A stretch of DNA of 32,000 bases from Phycisphaera mikurensis NBRC 102666 (GTDB lineage: Bacteria; Planctomycetota; Phycisphaerae; Phycisphaerales; Phycisphaeraceae): NCBI RefSeq assembly GCF_000284115.1, contig NC_017080.1, positions 2,730,001 to 2,762,000 of the forward strand. Direction: 5' to 3'. Position 1 is the stretch's first letter. Each line of letters starts with the position of its first letter. A program made the position numbers and the translations under genes. Under the pieces are notes generated by a model. The model made no database searches. It saw only the letters and a program-made list of their open reading frames with translations, and was not told where the DNA came from. Below, piece by piece: positions 26,395 through 32,000 of the stretch.

Positions 26395-27122
26395 CGCTCG
26401 TCGGGCCCGCGGAGGGCGACCGGCGAGCGGAGCAGCTCCGCCATCACGATCGCGTGGCGGAGGTCGTCCCGCTGGAGCGGCCCGCGGACGGCAATCGACG
26501 CCGCGGGCGCGAGCTGCTCGACCGCGACCACCCGCAGCTTGGGCGCGGCCGCGGGCTCGGTGCGGGGCCGGGCAACCGGCCGCGGACGCGGGGCCGGCGG
26601 CGGCGGCGGCGGACGCCGGACCGGGACGGTCCGCGCCGGCTCCTCGCGGACGACGAAGTCCGGCAGCGGTCGCTGCGGCTGTCGCTGCGGCTGCGGCTGC
26701 GGCTGTTGCTGGTGCTGCGGCTGCGGACGGGGACGCCGGGGGGCCGGCCGGCCCTCGGCGGAAGCGCCGGGCGTCGACGGACGGTCGGATCGCCCGCCCG
26801 CGGCCGCCTCGGCCCGGGCCCGCTCGATCCGCTCACGCATCGACATGCCCCCGCCGCGGCCGCCGGTCCCGCCGGCCGCCGACGCCACCGCGGGCTCCGC
26901 CTGCCGACGCGGCTCAGGCTCCGCCGCAACGCCGCCCGGCCGGTCCTCCACGGGCGCCGCCCGGCCCTCGTAGGCGGCTTCCTTGAGCCGCCGGGCCTCC
27001 CGCCGCTTCACCGCCTTCTTGTAGCCGCCCCAGATCCAGGAGCCCAGGAAGACGAGGCCGAAGATCAGCGGCCCGATGAGGTCCGGCGGGATGCTGAGCT
27101 GAGCGAGCGGGACGGCGGGCAT
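26391..27122 (-). CDS. Hypothetical single-TM protein with Pro/Gln/Arg-rich low-complexity region
   Basis: N-terminal TM 'LIGPLIFGLVFLGSWIWGGYKKAVKRRE', low-complexity 'RPRPQPQHQQQPQPQPQRQPQR'; start and stop closely packed with neighbours. Confidence 0.6.
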   Translation of the reverse strand: MPAVPLAQLSIPPDLIGPLIFGLVFLGSWIWGGYKKAVKRREARRLKEAAYEGRAAPVEDRPGGVAAEPEPRRQAEPAVASAAGGTGGRGGGMSMRERIERARAEAAAGGRSDRPSTPGASAEGRPAPRRPRPQPQHQQQPQPQPQRQPQRPLPDFVVREEPARTVPVRRPPPPPPAPRPRPVARPRTEPAAAPKLRVVAVEQLAPAASIAVRGPLQRDDLRHAIVMAELLRSPVALRGPDER

Positions 27123-27131
27123 CGCCCAAGC

Positions 27132-28010
27132 CTACGCGTCGGCGGAGGCCAAGCCGGCGGTGAAGACGGCCCCGCCGCGGGCGGCGCCCGGCGGCGGACG
27201 CCCCGGAGCCCGCTCGAAGGCGGTCCCGTAGACCGGGCGCAGGACCGCGTCCTGGATCACCTCCTCCGGAGTGCCTCTCGCGACGAGCCGGCCGCCCGCC
27301 AGCAGCCACACCGCGTCGGCGTACCGCCAGGCGGCGGTGAGGTCGTGGAGCGTGGCGACGACGGCGAGGCCGCCGGTGGCCGCGGCCCGCAGGGTCGCCA
27401 TCGCGGCTTCGGCTTGGGCGGGATCCATGCCCGCCGTCGGCTCGTCGGCGAGCAGCACGGCGCCGCCGTCGGCCTGCGCCATCCCCCGAGCCAGCAGGAC
27501 CCGGCGTTGCTGCCCACCCGAGAGCGCCGCGTGCGGCCGGTCCATCAAGCCGGCGACGCCGCACCGCTCCGCCGCCGCGGCGATGGCCGACCGGCCGGAG
27601 GCGCCGCCCGCGTCGCCGTGCGCGTGCCGGGCCATCGCCAGCACCTCCGCCACCGTGAATCCGAAGCGGACGCCGCCGGCCTGCGGCACGTACGCGAGCC
27701 GTTGTGCCCGCCAGCGGGCTTCGCGGGTTCCCACGCCGCCGCCGGCCCCGCCCAGCCGGCGGCCGAGGAGGTGGATGGCCCCGCGATACCGCACCTCTTG
27801 GCCCAGGGCTGAGCGCAGCAGCGTCGTCTTGCCCGCCCCGTTGGGCCCCAACAGCGCCACCAGCTCCCCGGGTCGGGCCGCCCCCCAGACGGGCCCGAGC
27901 ACCGGCGGGCCCCCGCCGTACCCGGCCGTCAGGGCCTCCCAGCACAGCCCCGTGGCGTCGGGAGGAGCGGCTCCGCCTGCCGCCGGGCCGGTCGTTCCAG
28001 CGTGCATCAC
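27132..28010 (-). CDS. ABC transporter ATP-binding protein, metal/iron-type
   Basis: Walker A 'LLGPNGAGKTTLLRS', signature 'ALSGGQQRRVLLARGMAQ', Walker B 'AVLLADEPTAGMDP', H-loop 'VVATLHDL'. Confidence 0.92.
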   Translation of the reverse strand: MMHAGTTGPAAGGAAPPDATGLCWEALTAGYGGGPPVLGPVWGAARPGELVALLGPNGAGKTTLLRSALGQEVRYRGAIHLLGRRLGGAGGGVGTREARWRAQRLAYVPQAGGVRFGFTVAEVLAMARHAHGDAGGASGRSAIAAAAERCGVAGLMDRPHAALSGGQQRRVLLARGMAQADGGAVLLADEPTAGMDPAQAEAAMATLRAAATGGLAVVATLHDLTAAWRYADAVWLLAGGRLVARGTPEEVIQDAVLRPVYGTAFERAPGRPPPGAARGGAVFTAGLASADA

Positions 28011-28016
28011 CCCCGG

Positions 28017-28022
28017 ACGCTA
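28017..28022 (-). promoter_or_regulatory. Candidate -10 hexamer TAGCGT, 6 nt before ABC ATPase GTG
   Basis: Minus strand TAGCGT ccgggg GTGATG. Confidence 0.45.
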
Positions 28023-28110
28023 CCGCGAAACCGGCCGCGGGACGCTCAGGTGCGACCGCGATTCTCCCGATGCACCCGGTGGCCGCGCTGCCGCCGCTTC
28101 GAGAGAGATC

Positions 28111-30594
28111 ATGGACGACGCCACCACCCTCCGCCCCGCCACCGACCCCAGCATGGACCTGCTCGGCGACCTCGAGCTCCGCCTCGATGCGCTCAAGAAG
28201 TGGCAGCGCGAGAGCGCGGCCCACGCCGCCTCCGTGGAGGAGCGTGAACGCGAGCTCGAGGCGGGCCGTCGCGCGTTGGAGGAAGCCTCCGCCGAGCTGG
28301 ACCGCGAGCGGGAGCAAGCGGCCGAGGCCGCGGCGTCCCTCGAGGCCCGCCGGGCGGAGGCCGAGCAGGAGCAACGCGCCTCCGCCCAGCGGCGGGCCGA
28401 GCTCGACGAGGAAGCCGAGGCCCTGCGGGAGCGCGGCGAGACGCTCTCGCGCCAGCGCGACGAGGCCGAGGCCGAGCGGGCCCGGACCCGCGAGGAGGCC
28501 GCCCGCCTCGCGGAGGACCGGGAAGCCCTCCAGCGCGACCGCGACGATCTCGAGGAGCGAGGCCGCTCGGTCGCGGGGCAGGAAGCCGAGGCGGCGGCGA
28601 TCGAGGGCCGGGAGGCGGCCCTGGGCGAGCGTTCCGCCGCGCTCCAGGCGGAACGGGAGGCCCTGGACGCCCGCGCCGCGGAGCTGGAGACGCGGGACGC
28701 GGAGCTTGAGGAGCGACGCGTCGGCTTGGGCGAGGCCGAAGCCGGTGCAGCCGAGCTCGCGGAACGATCCGCCGCGCTCGATGCCGAACGCGAGGCCCTC
28801 CGCCTCCGCTCCGCCGAGCTGGACGCCTTCCGGGACGAACTCGAGACCGAGCTGCAGCGGCTTAACACGCTGGAGTCGGACCTGCAGGAACGCTCAGCCG
28901 ATCTTGACGCCCGCGAGCAGCGCCTGATCGACGCGACCGGCAAGCACGCCGCCGACCTGGAGGCCAGCAGCCGCGAGCAATCGGACCACGCGGCCGAGGC
29001 GGCGGCCGCGGCGGAGACGCTCGCCACACTCAGCGCGAGGCTCGAAGCCCGCGAGACCGAGCTCGACGGCTCGCGCAAGGCCCTCGGCGACGCCGCGGAG
29101 GAGGTCCGCCGGCTGACCGACGCGCTGGCGGAAGCCGAGGAGGCCGCGATGGAGATGCAGGCCCAGGCCGAGAGCGGCCCGGCCGCCCCGCCGGCCGAGC
29201 CGGCCGCCGCCGGAACGGGTCCCGCGTCGGCCGTCAGCGAGGAGGAGGTGGCGGCGATGCGGGCCGAGCTCGACAAGCGGGCCCACAACCTCAAGCGCGC
29301 CAAGCGCAAGATCATGGACCTCCAGGACGAGGTCCGCAACGCCTCGGACCGCAACGGCGAGTCGGCGATCTTCTCCTCCGGCGAGCTGGACCTCTCCGAG
29401 GTCACCGAGCTCCGCATGAAGCTCGAGACGCGGGAGCAGGAGCTCGCGATCGCCAAGGAGAAACTCGAGGCCTCCGCCGCCGAGGTCGCCCGCCTGCGGG
29501 TCCGCGTCGACGAGCTGCTCAAGCGCGGCGGCCGCTCGGGCAGCGCCCTGCCGGGCGACACCCCCGATCACGCCGCCCGGGCGCTGGAGCTCGACGAGCT
29601 GGCGGCTCAGGTCACCGCGGACCGCAACCGGGTCCTCGAGCGGAAGTCGCAGCTCAAGGCCGCCGACGCGCTCATCCGCAGCCGGCGCGAGAAGATCCGG
29701 GACTACATCAAGGAGTTCCGCGGCAACCACGGCCGCGCCCGCGGCGGCGGCGGCATCGACCCCGGCAAGATTGCGCAGCTCGAGCAGGAGCGTTCGACGC
29801 TGCTGGAGGTCAAACGCTTCCTGCAGGCGTCCGAAGCGCAGATGGTCAAGCGCTGGGCGGTGCAACGAACCGCGAGCGTCGTCGCCACGCTCGTCATCGC
29901 CGTCGCGGCCGCCGCGGCCGTCAGCTGGACCGCCGCCGGCGTCATCGCCCAGCCGCTCTACCAGAGCACGCTCACCCTGGAGGTCCGCGAGGCGCCCGGG
30001 GAGGAAGCGTTGCCCCCGGGGGTCTGGCTCAGCGGCTACCAGCGCGACCTGCTCTCCGAGCCGGTGCTCCAGGAGGTTCAGAACCAGCTGCAGCAGCGCG
30101 ACCTCCGCCTCGCCGGATCGGTCGAGGGCCTCGGCGAGCGGCTCCGCGGCCGGGTGGGCGTGCGGGGCGAGCGGGAGGCCCTGGAGATCACCTTCACCGA
30201 CCCGGACCCCAAGCTGGTGGTGCCCGTGCTCGACGCGGTCGGCCGGGGCCTGCTGATCCACCACATGGCCCAGGACCGCCGCGCCGGGCGGATGAGCGAC
30301 ACGGCCTCGATCCGCAGCGAGGCGGTCGCTCGCGACCAACCCGTCCGCGACGAGCGGGTCCGGTTCTTCGGCATGATCCTCGGCGGCTTCGCCGTGCTCG
30401 CGCTGCTCGCGGCGATCCCCGCCCGGCTGCTGGCCGGGCGCGCCTCCCGCCAGCTGCCCGAGGGCGCCGTCGCCGAGCTCGCCGTCCTGGAGCACCCCTC
30501 GCCGCTGGTCACCGAAGCGATGGAGGCGTCCAAGGCCACCGGCGGCGGAGCCGACGACGAGGGCGACGTGATCAAGCCGGTCTTCCGGTTCTGA
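28111..30594 (+). CDS. Long coiled-coil protein with C-terminal two-TM Wzz/GumC-like domain
   Basis: ATG at 28111. About 550 aa of heptad-rich Glu/Arg/Ala, then TM 'TASVVATLVIAVAAAAAVSW', periplasmic 'YQSTLTLEVREAPG...LEITFTDPDPKLVVPVLDAVGRGLL', TM 'FFGMILGGFAVLALLAAIPARLL'. Confidence 0.7.
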   Translation: MDDATTLRPATDPSMDLLGDLELRLDALKKWQRESAAHAASVEERERELEAGRRALEEASAELDREREQAAEAAASLEARRAEAEQEQRASAQRRAELDEEAEALRERGETLSRQRDEAEAERARTREEAARLAEDREALQRDRDDLEERGRSVAGQEAEAAAIEGREAALGERSAALQAEREALDARAAELETRDAELEERRVGLGEAEAGAAELAERSAALDAEREALRLRSAELDAFRDELETELQRLNTLESDLQERSADLDAREQRLIDATGKHAADLEASSREQSDHAAEAAAAAETLATLSARLEARETELDGSRKALGDAAEEVRRLTDALAEAEEAAMEMQAQAESGPAAPPAEPAAAGTGPASAVSEEEVAAMRAELDKRAHNLKRAKRKIMDLQDEVRNASDRNGESAIFSSGELDLSEVTELRMKLETREQELAIAKEKLEASAAEVARLRVRVDELLKRGGRSGSALPGDTPDHAARALELDELAAQVTADRNRVLERKSQLKAADALIRSRREKIRDYIKEFRGNHGRARGGGGIDPGKIAQLEQERSTLLEVKRFLQASEAQMVKRWAVQRTASVVATLVIAVAAAAAVSWTAAGVIAQPLYQSTLTLEVREAPGEEALPPGVWLSGYQRDLLSEPVLQEVQNQLQQRDLRLAGSVEGLGERLRGRVGVRGEREALEITFTDPDPKLVVPVLDAVGRGLLIHHMAQDRRAGRMSDTASIRSEAVARDQPVRDERVRFFGMILGGFAVLALLAAIPARLLAGRASRQLPEGAVAELAVLEHPSPLVTEAMEASKATGGGADDEGDVIKPVFRF

Positions 30595-30646
30595 CCCGGA
30601 CCGGGAACGCCGGCCGCGGGGGCTCCGCACGCGGTCGCGCCCCGCG

Positions 30647-32000
30647 TCAGTGGCCCAGCAGCGCCTTCCGCAGCGGCTTCCGCGCTCTCGAGGGTGCGAC
30701 GACCACCACCGTGTCCCCCAGCGCAAGCTGCTCCGCCGCCGCCGGGATGAAGGTCTTGGCCCCGCGTTGCACCAGCGCCACCAGCGCCTGCTCCGGCAGG
30801 TTCAGCCGCGAGAGCGGCACGCCGATCACCGCCGCGTCGGCCTTGTTCAGCCGCGTCTCGTACACCTCGGCGACGCCGTCGGCCAGCGTGGCGAGGTGGC
30901 GCATCGAATGGGTCTCGAGCCGGCGCAGGATCTCGCCCACCGCGGTCGCCCGCGGGCTGAAGACCAGGTCGATGCCGATGTGCGAGAGCAGGTGCGTGTA
31001 GACGCTCCGCTGGAGCACGCACACCGCCGACTTCACGCCCATCGTCTTCGCCCGGGCGGCGATGAGGATGTTGGTCTCGTCGTCCTCGGTGCAGGCGATG
31101 AAGGCGTCGGCCTGGTCGACGCGCTCGTCGAGCAGCACCTCGCTGGCGATGATGTCACCGGTGAGCACCGTCACCCAGGGCAGCCGCTCGGAGAGCGCGG
31201 CGGCGCGGGCCGGATCGCTCTCGAACAGCCGCACCTGGAACTGCTTGGCCCGCAGCTCGCGGCACAGCCAGACGCCCTGGTTCGTGCCGCCCACGAGCAT
31301 CACCTTCAGCCGGCGCGGCGTCTCGACGCCGAAGACCTTGAAGAGCTTCACCAGGCTCGACTCGTCGCCGATGGCCGTCACCACGTCGCCGGCGATGAGC
31401 TCGGTGTCGGCGTTGGGCCGGAAGGCCTCCTCGCCCCGCTCCACCGCGACCACCAGCGAGCACGACGGCAGCGGCAGCTCGGAGAGCTTCGCACGCGTCG
31501 CCTTGGAGCCCTCGCCCACCGGCAGCCGCTGGAGCTCGATGCTGCCGCGGGCGAAGTTCTCGACCTCCTGGGCACCCGGTGACCGCAGCGTGGTCGCCAC
31601 CGCCACCGCCGTCGTGTGCTCGGGGCACACCAGGTGATCGATGCCGAAGTGCTTGCCGTAGTCGAGGCCCTGGCTCTCGAAGTACGAGGCGTGGTGGACG
31701 CGGGCGATCGTCTGGTCGCAGCCCAGCGCCGAGGCGATCGACGCGGAGAGCAGGTTGATCTCGTCGATGCTCGTCGCCGCGATGAACAGGTCCGCCTCGG
31801 CCACGCCCGCCCGCCGGAGCACCTCGGCCCGCGTCGCGTCGCCCTCCATCGCCCCGATGTCGATCAGCGACTCACACTCGGCGAGCTTGGCCGGGTCGCG
31901 GTCGATGAGCGTGACGTTGTGGCCGTCGGGCGCGAGCACCTCGGCGGAGTGGCGGCCGACCTCGCCGGCGCCGCAGATGATGATGTTGATGGTTCCGCTC
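30647..32000 (-). CDS. trkA: Trk system potassium uptake protein TrkA (5' end beyond window)
   Basis: 'NIIICGAGEVGRHSAEVLAPDGHNVTLIDRDPAKL' at the edge, duplicated RCK: 'KVMLVGGTNQGVWLCRELRAKQFQVRLFESDPARAAAL', 'TGDIIASEVLLDERVDQADAFIACTEDDETNIL'. Confidence 0.92.
   Translation of the reverse strand, partial: SGTINIIICGAGEVGRHSAEVLAPDGHNVTLIDRDPAKLAECESLIDIGAMEGDATRAEVLRRAGVAEADLFIAATSIDEINLLSASIASALGCDQTIARVHHASYFESQGLDYGKHFGIDHLVCPEHTTAVAVATTLRSPGAQEVENFARGSIELQRLPVGEGSKATRAKLSELPLPSCSLVVAVERGEEAFRPNADTELIAGDVVTAIGDESSLVKLFKVFGVETPRRLKVMLVGGTNQGVWLCRELRAKQFQVRLFESDPARAAALSERLPWVTVLTGDIIASEVLLDERVDQADAFIACTEDDETNILIAARAKTMGVKSAVCVLQRSVYTHLLSHIGIDLVFSPRATAVGEILRRLETHSMRHLATLADGVAEVYETRLNKADAAVIGVPLSRLNLPEQALVALVQRGAKTFIPAAAEQLALGDTVVVVAPSRARKPLRKALLGH

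Overview
This 32 kb window is very GC-rich (roughly 70-75% by eye) and gene-dense. Its gene content suggests a planctomycete of the Phycisphaerae type (an inference from content, not a database hit). Most genes are recognisable. On the left are a biotin-protein ligase fragment, an ArnT-like glycosyltransferase, an MBL-fold hydrolase, and a DUF1800/DUF1501 secreted pair. The middle holds mgtE, surE, lysA, fcl/gmd (GDP-fucose synthesis), a Bcp-type peroxiredoxin, rnc and a SpoIVB/S55-like secreted protein. The right holds a propeller-like secreted protein, rpmH, an ABC ATPase/hypothetical/macro-domain/gluconokinase/LarA cluster, a coiled-coil Wzz-like membrane protein, and a partial trkA. One near-intact IS630-type element (16532..17777, TA duplication, frameshifted orfA/orfB) abuts a 161-bp hairpin, MITE-like element that shares its TA and ends exactly in the rnc stop codon. 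I did not find a convincing new defence or multi-gene system. The strongest unlisted signals are: (1) a TANNNT hexamer 6-10 nt upstream of eight start codons, predicting widespread leaderless or near-leaderless transcription; (2) the IS630/MITE compound insertion; (3) a LarA homologue overlapping a gluconokinase, suggesting a nickel-dependent gluconate-type epimerase; (4) a 27-bp-arm perfect palindrome starting at the last base of the lysA stop codon; (5) a large cytoplasmic coiled-coil fused to a Wzz-like membrane domain. Many long antisense ORFs in the track are judged to be high-GC shadow ORFs.
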